Positions 27,113-35,816 of a stretch of 41,090 nucleotides of DNA are shown here, one piece after another. Where the stretch lies: IMG/VR virus record IMGVR_UViG_2563366960_000010, one strand, 5' to 3'. The DNA is from a virus. Lineage: Duplodnaviria; Heunggongvirae; Uroviricota; Caudoviricetes. The position numbers and the translations under genes were made by a program. The notes below the pieces were generated by a model. The model was not told where the DNA came from. It saw only the letters and a list, made by a program, of their open reading frames with translations, and made no database searches. Positions within the stretch are counted from its first letter, which is position 1. Every line of letters begins with the position of its first letter.

Positions 27113-28588
27113 TTAAGCATAGGGATCGTAATCTGTGATGGCCTTGCCTTGCTGGTTCTGCTGACCGGGAATTCGCAGACGCTTCGACACAGGGAACGCA
27201 AACGTCAGCAGTAGCGCATCGCCTTTACCAGGAGAACGCCCAAGTCGCTCTTTGATATCTTCCTTCGGTTCGATAACGATTTTACCGTCCACTCGAACTT
27301 TGTACTCTGCTGCCGACAGGTCGTCCGCTGTTTCCTGGTCATCCAGCATGCCGCCCAGCCTCAGCCATGTCTTGCATGAATTGAACATCTCCCCACGCTT
27401 GTTGAGCATCTGCGGGTCAGTAGACGCGCCACCGAACGGAACAAGTTGCCATGTACGACCCCATCCGTCACCGATTGACTTCAGACCGGTTCCGTAACCG
27501 AAGTCGATGAACACCGCGTCAGCCTGATACTGGTCTTCAAAGTCAGCGATACGCTTCGCCATAATCAGATCGTCGGTAGTCTTGTTGCCAGTCCACAGCA
27601 CCTTACTGTGTAGCCCCTGCCGCAGGTATATCACCGCGTCATCAACGCCTGAATATGCCGGGTCAACACCGATTATCACCGGAGCATGCGCCACCTGCGC
27701 AGCGGTTACCACCCGTTTCATTGCCTCATCAGTAAGACCGGTAGGGATAAACTGCAATTCAGATGCATCAGGGAATATGCCGCGCACACGGATTTTAACG
27801 AAGTCGCTGTCTTCCCCGTAGTCATCAACCCATTTCTGCAACTGCTGTTTGTTAGTGCCTTCCACCGTTCGGCTGTCAATCTGCGCAGTTTTCCAGCGGT
27901 GTTTATATTTGCGGAAACATTCGCGGAAACGTCCGGTATTACGCGTCGGGTTTCCGAACGCCACCCAGATAATCTCAGTGTCTTCGTCCGTTAGTGCACC
28001 CTCGGCAACTTCCCACACCAGATCCGCAATGTTCGACGCTTCATCGAATACCACGATGATGCGTTTGCGCTCGTTGTGTAGTCCGGCGAATGCCTCAGTG
28101 TTGTGCTCAGACCAGGGGATTGCGTCAGCTCGCCACCGCTTGTCGTGTCCAGGATCATTGCTGTACATCGCGGTAGCGGTACAGGTAAACCAGTCTTTCG
28201 TGATAGCAAGGTTCGACCACTTGATAATTTCCGGCCAGGTCTTCGTTCGTAGCTGGTTGTCGGTGTTGGCGGTCACCACGACCTTACAATCCTCGCAAGT
28301 GGACATGCCCCAGTTGATCAGCATTGAGATGAATGCGGATTTACCAATACCGTGACCCGAAGCACGTGCCAGCATAAGCGGCTGATAGCGCGTCTCTGGA
28401 TTCTGCAGGTGATCACGTATCTCTCGGAACGCATCAGCCTGCCACTGACGTGGGCCGGTAGCATGTGCCAGTTCAGTCCCCTCTTCCCCCCACGGGAACG
28501 CATAGAGGGCATAGCCAAGCGGATCGTGAGTGAACCCTGCAATATCCTCGATCAACTGCTCTTCAGGAGATAACGCTGTATCTGTCAC
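27113..28588 (-). CDS. terL: Terminase large subunit
   Basis: 491 aa, Walker A-like GHGIGKS, acidic nuclease-domain motifs; 4-nt overlap with upstream small terminase gene. Confidence 0.85.
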   Translation of the reverse strand: MTDTALSPEEQLIEDIAGFTHDPLGYALYAFPWGEEGTELAHATGPRQWQADAFREIRDHLQNPETRYQPLMLARASGHGIGKSAFISMLINWGMSTCEDCKVVVTANTDNQLRTKTWPEIIKWSNLAITKDWFTCTATAMYSNDPGHDKRWRADAIPWSEHNTEAFAGLHNERKRIIVVFDEASNIADLVWEVAEGALTDEDTEIIWVAFGNPTRNTGRFRECFRKYKHRWKTAQIDSRTVEGTNKQQLQKWVDDYGEDSDFVKIRVRGIFPDASELQFIPTGLTDEAMKRVVTAAQVAHAPVIIGVDPAYSGVDDAVIYLRQGLHSKVLWTGNKTTDDLIMAKRIADFEDQYQADAVFIDFGYGTGLKSIGDGWGRTWQLVPFGGASTDPQMLNKRGEMFNSCKTWLRLGGMLDDQETADDLSAAEYKVRVDGKIVIEPKEDIKERLGRSPGKGDALLLTFAFPVSKRLRIPGQQNQQGKAITDYDPYA

Positions 28589-29181
28589 TGATTACCATCC
28601 TGACGTTCTTTGAGTCGCTTCCTGGCTGCTGCTATGCGATCAGCAATTGTCACATTCACATTAACATCCAGACGTTCTTTGAACGCGTTGACATCAACAT
28701 GCTTACCAATCAGCTCAAGGTTCTTCACCTTGTCAGGCCATTTAATTTTTTTGAGGATTGTCTCTATCGAATCCTCGTTCATGTTCATGATGGTCGATGA
28801 CAGATCAAAGCCACTAAGCGTAGTGCGCCAGATTTTCGGCCACTCACGGATTGGTTTAAGGCTCCCATCGTCGTTGAGGATGTCGATCACGTCCATCTGG
28901 TCGATCTCCACCAGGCGCATGAGAACGTAATCAGCACTGACGCGCATTCGTTTGTTGCGCTCCTCCATCAACTCGGCAATCCGTTTTTGAATGCGTTCAT
29001 CGCGCATCATGACACTGGCTTTAACTGCCGCTGTATTTGGGGAGAATCCTGCGTTAATCGCTGCCTGAGTCTGGTTTTCAGGCGTTTTGATGTATGACTG
29101 GCAATAAGCCTCCTGCATTGCTGTTAGTGGCTTAAATTGCGTTGATTTGCGTTTATAGGTTTTAGGTTCAGCAGGCATCAT
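28585..29181 (-). CDS. terS: Terminase small subunit
   Basis: Upstream of and overlapping terL; N-terminal HTH-like segment; start taken at ATG 29181, the track ORF extends to a TTG at 29259. Confidence 0.55.
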   Translation of the reverse strand: MMPAEPKTYKRKSTQFKPLTAMQEAYCQSYIKTPENQTQAAINAGFSPNTAAVKASVMMRDERIQKRIAELMEERNKRMRVSADYVLMRLVEIDQMDVIDILNDDGSLKPIREWPKIWRTTLSGFDLSSTIMNMNEDSIETILKKIKWPDKVKNLELIGKHVDVNAFKERLDVNVNVTIADRIAAARKRLKERQDGNQ

Positions 29182-29291
29182 AACCACCGTGGTAATAGTT
29201 ACCGTTGTGGTAATAGTACCATGCAAAATAAAGCCGCCATAGTTGGCGGCAGTATTCAAAACCCATCAAATTCATCATGCATAATCTACTC

Positions 29292-29303
29292 GTGACATGT
29301 CAC
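29292..29303. repeat. GTGACATGTCAC palindrome copy 3 (14-mer CGTGACATGTCACA)
   Basis: Perfect copy overlapping the stop codon of the 115-aa gene, upstream of terS. Confidence 0.6.
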
Positions 29304-29647
29304 ACTATTAATTTCGTTTCATGCCAGCCTTTAGTCACCCAGCATTGCGAGTCACCATTACACGGGCATGAATTAACTGGAACTCTCTCGCCGCACTTAC
29401 CGCAACATTTTCTGCTGATCGATTTTATACGCCCGCGCACGCGTGCATCATCCTGGCGGATCAGTAACGCGATGTACTCGGCCATTTCATAGGGATCGCG
29501 ACCAGGGCGCCGGGCGGCGCAGTTCCGCGCCAGCATTTCCTGCTCCTGCTTATCCAGCACCAGTTCAATTTTGCGCTCACCGGCGGCGGACTGCCGAGCG
29601 CGCTGCGCGGCTTTGCGTTCTGCGGGGGATTTAGCCACGAATCGCAC
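29300..29647 (-). CDS. Hypothetical protein with basic helical N-terminus and Cys-rich C-terminus (possible DNA-binding regulator)
   Basis: 115 aa, GTG start; C-terminal cluster CCGKCGERVPVNSCPCNGDSQC; last gene before terS. Confidence 0.45.
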   Translation of the reverse strand: MRFVAKSPAERKAAQRARQSAAGERKIELVLDKQEQEMLARNCAARRPGRDPYEMAEYIALLIRQDDARVRGRIKSISRKCCGKCGERVPVNSCPCNGDSQCWVTKGWHETKLIV

Positions 29648-29753
29648 TCCACGCCAGATTGATTAATGACTCCCAGGTAATATAAACCCGGATACCAGCA
29701 GCCAGGCCGAAACCAATCACCATGGCATAAAGCAGAGCGTTGCACTTGTTCAT
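29631..29753 (-). CDS. Small hydrophobic membrane peptide (40 aa)
   Basis: ATG overlaps the DUF551 stop (TGATG), excellent SD AGGAGGTGA; single TM-like segment; below ORF-track cutoff. Confidence 0.5.
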   Translation of the reverse strand: MNKCNALLYAMVIGFGLAAGIRVYITWESLINLAWSAIRG

Positions 29754-30532
29754 CACTTCACCTCCTGCTGCGGTGCTGCTGGCATTTCACGCCAGTGCGT
29801 AACTGAGTGCGGATCCGGATATTCGGTGCCATCATCCCAGCGATTGCCATTCCACATTGCAGACCACATCTCACCGTCTTCATACATGACCATTACCGGA
29901 ATTAACTTATCCGGCATTCTCTCACTACAGCTTATCCAACCATCCGGAGTTACCGGATAGTTGCCAGCCTGAACAGTAGGCATATCAGGACCTTTGCGAA
30001 TCGCCCTGGCAAGATCGATTGGGTCGTCGTACAACCAGTCACCTGTTTGCGGATGATTGGCTTCTGCCAATTGTGCAGCCCACTCCAGGCCGTCTTTGTG
30101 TCCTTGCAGATAGTCCAGCGGTAACTCATCACTATTACTTACAGGTTCGGCCTGAAGCATGGCGGCGCGGCAGGCGTTCCAGCCTCTCACCTCTGCAATA
30201 GCGGCAACAGCATCGACCGCGTACATTTTAAGAGGGTTAGGCATTGGTTTTTCTTCAGGTACTACTGGCACTGGAGGGGCGGCATAAACAGGAATAACGT
30301 CCGATTGCTCTTTATTGCTTTCATCCGTCAAAGCCCAGAATAATTTTCCGGCCGGATGTTTGAAAATATAAGCAACTGGTTCTGCGCTATCAGCTTCGCG
30401 CCGCTTCTGTAGCTCTGCTGCCATTGCTCTCACGACTTCAACTGGTACCCTTGCAGCAAACTCTATGTTGGTGATCAGCTCATTAAGATATTGCTCGCTG
30501 GGATACTGTTTCTTATCGGTTAAAGGGGTCAT
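29753..30532 (-). CDS. DUF551-domain protein
   Basis: 259 aa; C-terminal W..I...ERMP......VTHWREMP pattern typical of DUF551 in lambdoid nin regions. Confidence 0.6.
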   Translation of the reverse strand: MTPLTDKKQYPSEQYLNELITNIEFAARVPVEVVRAMAAELQKRREADSAEPVAYIFKHPAGKLFWALTDESNKEQSDVIPVYAAPPVPVVPEEKPMPNPLKMYAVDAVAAIAEVRGWNACRAAMLQAEPVSNSDELPLDYLQGHKDGLEWAAQLAEANHPQTGDWLYDDPIDLARAIRKGPDMPTVQAGNYPVTPDGWISCSERMPDKLIPVMVMYEDGEMWSAMWNGNRWDDGTEYPDPHSVTHWREMPAAPQQEVK

Positions 30533-30533
30533 A

Positions 30534-31025
30534 TCACTCTCCTTTGATGCGAATGCCAGTGGTACTCATTCTCCTGATTTCCCAGAGCACACGAGGAACA
30601 CCACCGTTTCCGACCGGATCGCGTTTACTCCGCAGGGCGACGCTTGATTCCGCCCAGCTTTTTCTTGGAGGAAGCTCTTTCACACGAACAAAACCAGCTG
30701 CGCGAAGAGATGCTCCTGATTCATCTGCCCGGGTGTACGTAATACAACGTTGATAACCCATAGCTTTTGCTGCCCGCCAGACAGCACCATAAAGCGCGCT
30801 GTTAGCGTTGCGTTCTCCTGTGGTACATGTGCGATTTACTTCAAGCGTTAATCCATCGTCCAAATGTCGTGCAACAGGTCTACCGGCTGTCGCCACACCT
30901 ATCAATTCTCCGGCATCATTTCTCAGACCAATGCTGAATTTATGCCCCACCGGGGGTTTATTGTGTCGGTGATGTCTTGATATAAACGCCTTCGCAACAC
31001 GAAGAGTAACCGGTGAAATTTGCAC
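30534..31025 (-). CDS. Hypothetical protein (nin-region)
   Basis: About 163 aa from GTG 31025 with SD AAGGAGAG (track ORF extends to 31064); contains HRH..PPVGH; family not recognised. Confidence 0.45.
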   Translation of the reverse strand: MQISPVTLRVAKAFISRHHRHNKPPVGHKFSIGLRNDAGELIGVATAGRPVARHLDDGLTLEVNRTCTTGERNANSALYGAVWRAAKAMGYQRCITYTRADESGASLRAAGFVRVKELPPRKSWAESSVALRSKRDPVGNGGVPRVLWEIRRMSTTGIRIKGE

Positions 31026-31027
31026 TC

Positions 31028-31744
31028 TCACTCTCCTTTGATGCCAATGTTTACAGCCTGGCAAGCCTCTTTGAGCACCCAGTCAACAGCGTCTTTCCAT
31101 GCTCCGGTTTCGACTGGCGGGTTCTCACGTTTTACCTGCTCATAAAAACGCACCGCTTTAATCAGTCCTTCCGGTACTACTGGCGATGGCTGTTTAGCTT
31201 CTAAATCAGCAATTCTGTCAACCACGGCATCTACAGCATCTGAAAAGCCGAACAAGTTGCTCCACTCCGGCCTATCCCCGGTTGCTGCAAAATACATATC
31301 AGCTAAAGCAGACTCAGCATGATCACGCTCGCTGATGAGTTGCTCTTCGCTTTTCTCCAGTTCAGCAATACGCTTACTTCCATCCGAGATAACACCTTCG
31401 TAATATTCACGCTGCTCGTTGAGTTTTGATTTTGTCTCCTCAAGTTCAGCAACCAGTTTTCGAAGCCCTTCAATCTCACCATTGCGAGCAATGAGGTCGC
31501 GGCACATGCTTTCGTTCTCATCCAGCAGTGCAAGCACGGTAGCCGGATTAGCCTTGGCAACAAAATCCCGGACTGGCTTACAATCAATCTCCGCAATGGG
31601 TTGATACGATGTGTAGCCATGCTGTCTTGTATAACTACCGTGACGAATAACGAAAAAATCACCATTTATTTTTTTAGCCTGCCACTTATCTTCACCGGCT
31701 TTCTCTGCCGCTTCACGCAGTGCATGATAGTTAATTTTGTTCAC
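31028..31744 (-). CDS. Ead/Ea22-like protein
   Basis: 238 aa; N-terminus MNKINYHALREAAEKAGEDKW resembles Ead/Ea22-like prophage proteins; central coiled coil. Confidence 0.55.
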   Translation of the reverse strand: MNKINYHALREAAEKAGEDKWQAKKINGDFFVIRHGSYTRQHGYTSYQPIAEIDCKPVRDFVAKANPATVLALLDENESMCRDLIARNGEIEGLRKLVAELEETKSKLNEQREYYEGVISDGSKRIAELEKSEEQLISERDHAESALADMYFAATGDRPEWSNLFGFSDAVDAVVDRIADLEAKQPSPVVPEGLIKAVRFYEQVKRENPPVETGAWKDAVDWVLKEACQAVNIGIKGE

Positions 31745-32346
31745 TGGTTGCCTCCTTTGCGAAGCTCTGCGGCAAAGTCAACTAACCACTCGGTCATTTC
31801 AACCTTCCCTACCAGGTCTGAACCAGGAAACATACAGCAATCACTCTGCGCCGCTTTGAAATCCTTATACTCATATTCCTGAGCCACCAGATTTTTTGCA
31901 GCTTCTATAACAGCATCCACCCCCTGCGCCCGTACTTCAGCCAGGAAAGCGTCGGTGGCTTGGGTTTCGATATCGTTAATTTCAGGAAGAATCTCTTCCC
32001 ATGTAGCGATATCGCCATTCAAATGCCATCCGGCAATTCCACTGGAGTTATCCGCAACACTGCGAACGGCTTCAATAGTTTCATGCATTGCCGCATTCTC
32101 CGCTGCCAGCGCCGAAAACTTCTCGTGTGCCAACTTAACAGCCGCATCAGCCTGCTTAATTGACTCAATCGCTTTCTGCTGGTCTTCGGCCAGCGCATTA
32201 GCACGCACCAGTTGCACTTCCAGTTGCGTTGCCAAATCGCTGATCAGCTTTGCCACACTGCGCATATCAACGGCACCACATTCTGCTTTCAGTTCCGAAG
32301 CCATCTCATGCCAGGCGGCAACTAACCCTTTGATATTACTTTCCAT
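31741..32346 (-). CDS. Coiled-coil protein, possibly Ead/Ea22-like
   Basis: 201 aa, helical, overlaps downstream gene start; assignment by position and composition. Confidence 0.4.
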   Translation of the reverse strand: MESNIKGLVAAWHEMASELKAECGAVDMRSVAKLISDLATQLEVQLVRANALAEDQQKAIESIKQADAAVKLAHEKFSALAAENAAMHETIEAVRSVADNSSGIAGWHLNGDIATWEEILPEINDIETQATDAFLAEVRAQGVDAVIEAAKNLVAQEYEYKDFKAAQSDCCMFPGSDLVGKVEMTEWLVDFAAELRKGGNQ

Positions 32347-32407
32347 CTTTACCCTCGCTTATCCACATAACTTATTGATTACATTGATAACTAAAAAGAT
32401 CGTCGAT

Positions 32408-32752
32408 TCAGAACTCTTCGATGTTCCAGCCACCACCTGCTTTCTTTGGTTTAACCGTTACCCCGATGATTCGGAACGGATACTGATCTGCGGCGACTTT
32501 GGTTTTCACCCTGGCGTCGTCGGTCCAGAAACCTTTCACTTCGTGCAGTTCCATCTCTCCGGTGGCGAGCATCACAGCGAAATCGGGCGTATAGAACGTG
32601 TTGTCAGCTAACCGCAGCTTGATACCCTCGAATCGATACCAGGCGATTTCCCCTGCACGTTTACGCTGCTCAAGGTGCTGGCAATACGCAGATTCTGTTT
32701 TGTTCATCTGGCCTGTTTTGAGTCGACCAAGAGCCTGTATCTGTTTTCTCAT
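32408..32752 (-). CDS. DUF1064-like phage protein
   Basis: 114 aa with pattern recalled for DUF1064 proteins; operator palindrome sits immediately upstream. Confidence 0.5.
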   Translation of the reverse strand: MRKQIQALGRLKTGQMNKTESAYCQHLEQRKRAGEIAWYRFEGIKLRLADNTFYTPDFAVMLATGEMELHEVKGFWTDDARVKTKVAADQYPFRIIGVTVKPKKAGGGWNIEEF

Positions 32753-32755
32753 GAT

Positions 32756-32770
32756 TTACCTCTAAGGTAA
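32756..32770. promoter_or_regulatory. Operator-like palindrome TTACCTCTAAGGTAA
   Basis: Perfect half-sites; on the minus strand the AGGTAA half lies 3 nt before the DUF1064 ATG. Confidence 0.55.
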
Positions 32771-32817
32771 TTAAAAACCATATAAGACACGAAATCAATA
32801 GAGTTTAGAATATTTTG

Positions 32818-32832
32818 TTACCTTGTAGGTAA
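32818..32832. promoter_or_regulatory. Operator-like palindrome TTACCTTGTAGGTAA
   Basis: Perfect half-sites 47 bp from the previous copy, in the intergenic region between the P-like and DUF1064 genes. Confidence 0.55.
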
Positions 32833-32869
32833 TTGTTGAGGCGTAAAAAAATGCGCTATCGCGCTGGTA

Positions 32870-33646
32870 TTACTTGATAAATCCTGCCGCCTTTCCCCGC
32901 CTGTATTCCTCCATCAGCCACTGCGCCGGTGTTATTCCCCCAAGGGTGGCGGCGTTAGGCATGCACCCGAAACTTCGCCCTGGTGGATGGTAAACGTCTC
33001 TCCCTGTGTCCGGAGGTGTACTCATGGGCTCTGGCTTTGCCTGTATGCTGATCACCGGATCGGGTATCTGCTGTCCGGAAGCCACCTTTTTCGCCCAATC
33101 ATCGAGCAGCCTGCGCGCGTGTTTCTCAACCTCACTCTCGCTAAGCTGGCGCTGATACATTGCACGACGGGTATCACATACGACCCAGTACATAACCGGA
33201 TGCCGCCACGGGAATCTTTCGGGACCACCAGGATATAAACTTTTTTCCTTGCTGTACCGGTGAAACTCCGCCATCACATCGTCAATGGTGACGCCAAGAA
33301 CCATCTTGCTGTCTTTGCACCACTTGATGAATTGCCCTGGCGACGGCCAGAACGGAGATTCACTGGCGCGGGCGTGGCGCATACCAGCGTTAACCTGTTC
33401 CATTGTAGTGATCCCATTCTCCAGAAACGCAAGCATCCATTGCTTACGGAATTCATTAAGTTTGTTCTGCTCCCTTATGGTCGAAACGCTTGCAGGAAAT
33501 GCAGCCTGTAACTGGACAAATAGTTCATTGAAAATTCTAGCAACCTGCTCCTTTTTGCCATTGCTGTCACGCCGCTCTTCATGCACAGCAACACCATGCT
33601 CACGTAAGCGATCGTACTCATTGAGAAGTTCTGGAGTTGATTTCAT
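32870..33646 (-). CDS. Replication protein, lambda P-like (helicase loader)
   Basis: 258 aa with strong resemblance to lambda P (FPAS, QW.LAF.ENGITTMEQVNAGMR, PSPGQF..WC). Confidence 0.8.
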   Translation of the reverse strand: MKSTPELLNEYDRLREHGVAVHEERRDSNGKKEQVARIFNELFVQLQAAFPASVSTIREQNKLNEFRKQWMLAFLENGITTMEQVNAGMRHARASESPFWPSPGQFIKWCKDSKMVLGVTIDDVMAEFHRYSKEKSLYPGGPERFPWRHPVMYWVVCDTRRAMYQRQLSESEVEKHARRLLDDWAKKVASGQQIPDPVISIQAKPEPMSTPPDTGRDVYHPPGRSFGCMPNAATLGGITPAQWLMEEYRRGKAAGFIK

Positions 33647-34448
33647 CCCACACCCCTTCTATCCAGTCAGTGTTATTCCAGTCAAGCTCATCGCTTTTCC
33701 CGGCATTTTTTGATTTTCCCCTGATATGATTTACGTGCCTGGCGAATTTTTGTTCCCACTGAACCTGCGTGAACACTTTGCCCTCAGCCATCCAGTAATC
33801 CCGGAATGCAGCAAGTTCAGCAGGTGTAAATTCCGGTTCCGGCAGGGCCGTTCCCCACAGCGCAGCACGCCGCCGAAAATCTGGCGACGGTAGCCAGCCA
33901 TCTGTCATCGGAAATTTCCCGATGGGTTCACTCAGGCCATCCAGAAATTCAGGTTCTGCCACCTGCAACGGCGTACTGTTCGCTTCACTGGTCGGAGCAC
34001 CCTCGCGCACGTGCGCTATGTGTGGGGTTTTATATATATCTTCCTCTTCCTCTTCCTCTGGTAACTCCTTTTGTAACGCTGTTGGCGTTACTTTTTGCGT
34101 TACTCGTTTTCTATGCTCTGCCACTCTTCTATTCGTAAGTGCACGTTTTTTCGATGATTCTCCATTATGTCGCTCAAAGTTTGGAAGAATTAGTTTGCCG
34201 TCATGATAAGCAAGCCATCCGACGCTAATGAGGGCGTCAGCAAATCCTGTAATAAAAGCGAGTCTATCAAGTACTCCTTTTGTAACGCTGCCAGCGTTAC
34301 CGTCTATTGTTTGCTGGTCAGCCCATGCCCATATACGAACCAGCTTTCCAAGAACAGCATCTGGATCAATACCCAGAATTTCTGCTATCTGAAAAATTTC
34401 AGGTTTATCAGGAGTGATAACTTCAACCTTAATCCAGCTGCTTGCCAT
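33618..34448 (-). CDS. Replication initiation protein, DUF1376/YdaU-like with DnaT-like C-terminal domain
   Basis: About 276 aa from ATG 34448 with SD GAGGGG; acidic EEEEEED linker; C-terminal segment resembles DnaT-type domains; upstream of P-like gene. Confidence 0.55.
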   Translation of the reverse strand: MASSWIKVEVITPDKPEIFQIAEILGIDPDAVLGKLVRIWAWADQQTIDGNAGSVTKGVLDRLAFITGFADALISVGWLAYHDGKLILPNFERHNGESSKKRALTNRRVAEHRKRVTQKVTPTALQKELPEEEEEEDIYKTPHIAHVREGAPTSEANSTPLQVAEPEFLDGLSEPIGKFPMTDGWLPSPDFRRRAALWGTALPEPEFTPAELAAFRDYWMAEGKVFTQVQWEQKFARHVNHIRGKSKNAGKSDELDWNNTDWIEGVWDEINSRTSQ

Positions 34449-34641
34449 AGGTTTCCCCTCTTGCACTCTTTAGTGCACAAGCAAATTCATTACGATGGCG
34501 GTTGGCGCTATTCATTGCACATTCAACACATGTTCCGTTCAGAACATACCTTTCAGAGAGATGGCCGTGACGGCACCGCTTTCCTGTGAAATAGCGATTT
34601 AACCCGGCTTTTGCGGCCTCCATTCTGGTTACTATCTTCAA
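34429..34641 (-). CDS. Small zinc-finger protein (possible regulator)
   Basis: 70 aa, TTG start with SD AAGGGG; motif C-x-H ... C-x2-C. Confidence 0.4.
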   Translation of the reverse strand: MKIVTRMEAAKAGLNRYFTGKRCRHGHLSERYVLNGTCVECAMNSANRHRNEFACALKSARGETYGKQLD

Positions 34642-34740
34642 TTTTTCCGCCCCTTTTTGTTATTGATATTGGCTATTTTGCACAATTGGAAAATTTGATC
34701 AACCAGATTTGGTTTTTTATTACCCTTAAGGTGCGAATAG

Positions 34741-34767
34741 ATATGAAAAGACCGCCGGATGGCGGTC
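34741..34767 (-). terminator. Terminator-like hairpin downstream of the cro-like gene
   Basis: Minus-strand hairpin GACCGCC / GGCGGTC followed by UUUUCAUAU; short U-run, possibly antitermination-dependent. Confidence 0.4.
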
Positions 34768-34789
34768 TACAGAGGGTTGTGGCTGGATA

Positions 34790-35020
34790 TCATGAGTAGA
34801 AGAAGTATGCCAGTTCTGCTTTTGAGCGCAGCCATTGTCTTGTTTTACAGGCTTTAAAAAGCCCATTCATCAATACTTTACCTGGCATTTTGCGCTTGCC
34901 TGTTAAGTGAGTCTGGATATAGTGACTCGTCGTTCCGGCTTCCTGTGCGAAGGCTTCACGCTCATCCGGAGTAAGTGCAAGCCAGTGCTTTTTGAAATCG
35001 AAATGTCCGTTATCGCTCAT
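34790..35020 (-). CDS. Cro-like HTH DNA-binding protein
   Basis: 76 aa, HTH-like segment, divergent from repressor gene across an operator-containing region; first gene of the replication operon. Confidence 0.55.
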   Translation of the reverse strand: MSDNGHFDFKKHWLALTPDEREAFAQEAGTTSHYIQTHLTGKRKMPGKVLMNGLFKACKTRQWLRSKAELAYFFYS

Positions 35021-35056
35021 AGCTATTGCCTGATATTTATTTCAGATAATAAATAT

Positions 35057-35119
35057 TCACCCATAAGGTAACAAAAATCAAGGATAGTTACCTATGAGGT
35101 GCATTTACCTGTTGGGTAA
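35057..35119. promoter_or_regulatory. Immunity-region operator cluster (three sites) between divergent cro-like and repressor genes
   Basis: TCACCCATAAGGTAA (35057-35071), TTACCTATGAGGTGC (35088-35102), TTACCTGTTGGGTAA (35105-35119); degenerate versions of the 15-bp palindrome. Confidence 0.6.
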
Positions 35120-35174
35120 TATTGCTTTAAATTGAATCATCTACTGATTCATATATGAGGCGATTTTCCAGAAA

Positions 35175-35759
35175 ATGAAAAGTATCCAGGACGTCCGCAG
35201 GCAAAATCTCAACGACTTGATCGACCGTGAATTCAATGGTGTTCAGACGCGGATGGCAGAAAAACTTGGAACTCAGGCAAATCTGGTAAACCGCTGGGCT
35301 CTTGGCAAGAAGGTTATCGGCGACCAGGTTGCACGAAAAATTGAAGCTGCCGCCAATAAACCCCGTAACTGGCTTGATATTGATCGTTCGCTTTCTCAGG
35401 AGGGTTTTCAGCCTGTCGGCCCGAGCGATATAGGTCAGCTGGCGGCTCACAACCTGGAACGCTGGATGAGCGAAAGCCGCGACCTTTCAACACAGGGAAA
35501 ACTTCACCGCGCATCCGGCGTCGCCCAGGTGACAATCAGCCGCCTGTTAAACAATGAGGTCAGCGTTTCCATTTCCACCCTGGAGAATGTTGCATCCGCA
35601 TTCGGGCGTCACGGATATGAACTACTGATTCACCCGCACGACCCTGCGACTATCAACTATGACCGCTCACGCTACGCATTGTTACCCGAAACCGAGAAAG
35701 CAAAGATCGAAAGTTACATTGAATTTGTCATCAACCAGAACGAAAAAAGCAAACAATAA
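35175..35759 (+). CDS. Prophage repressor candidate with tandem XRE-type HTH domains and no S24 peptidase domain
   Basis: 194 aa; two HTH-like segments; no Ser-Lys autocleavage domain recognisable; divergent from the cro-like gene. Confidence 0.6.
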   Translation: MKSIQDVRRQNLNDLIDREFNGVQTRMAEKLGTQANLVNRWALGKKVIGDQVARKIEAAANKPRNWLDIDRSLSQEGFQPVGPSDIGQLAAHNLERWMSESRDLSTQGKLHRASGVAQVTISRLLNNEVSVSISTLENVASAFGRHGYELLIHPHDPATINYDRSRYALLPETEKAKIESYIEFVINQNEKSKQ

Positions 35760-35780
35760 AACTATAGTTTTCAGTAAGTA

Positions 35781-35805
35781 AGCCGCCTCATGGCGGCTTT
35801 TTTAT
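35781..35805 (+). terminator. Intrinsic terminator after the repressor gene
   Basis: Stem AGCCGCC / GGCGGCT followed by TTTTTTATT. Confidence 0.65.
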
Positions 35806-35816
35806 TGCCAGATAGA

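Noticed and set aside
29260-29647. A lambda Q-like antiterminator upstream of the late genes
   Set aside because: No ORF of suitable size or motif; the only candidate regulator there is the unrelated 115-aa Cys-rich protein, reported as a hypothesis instead.
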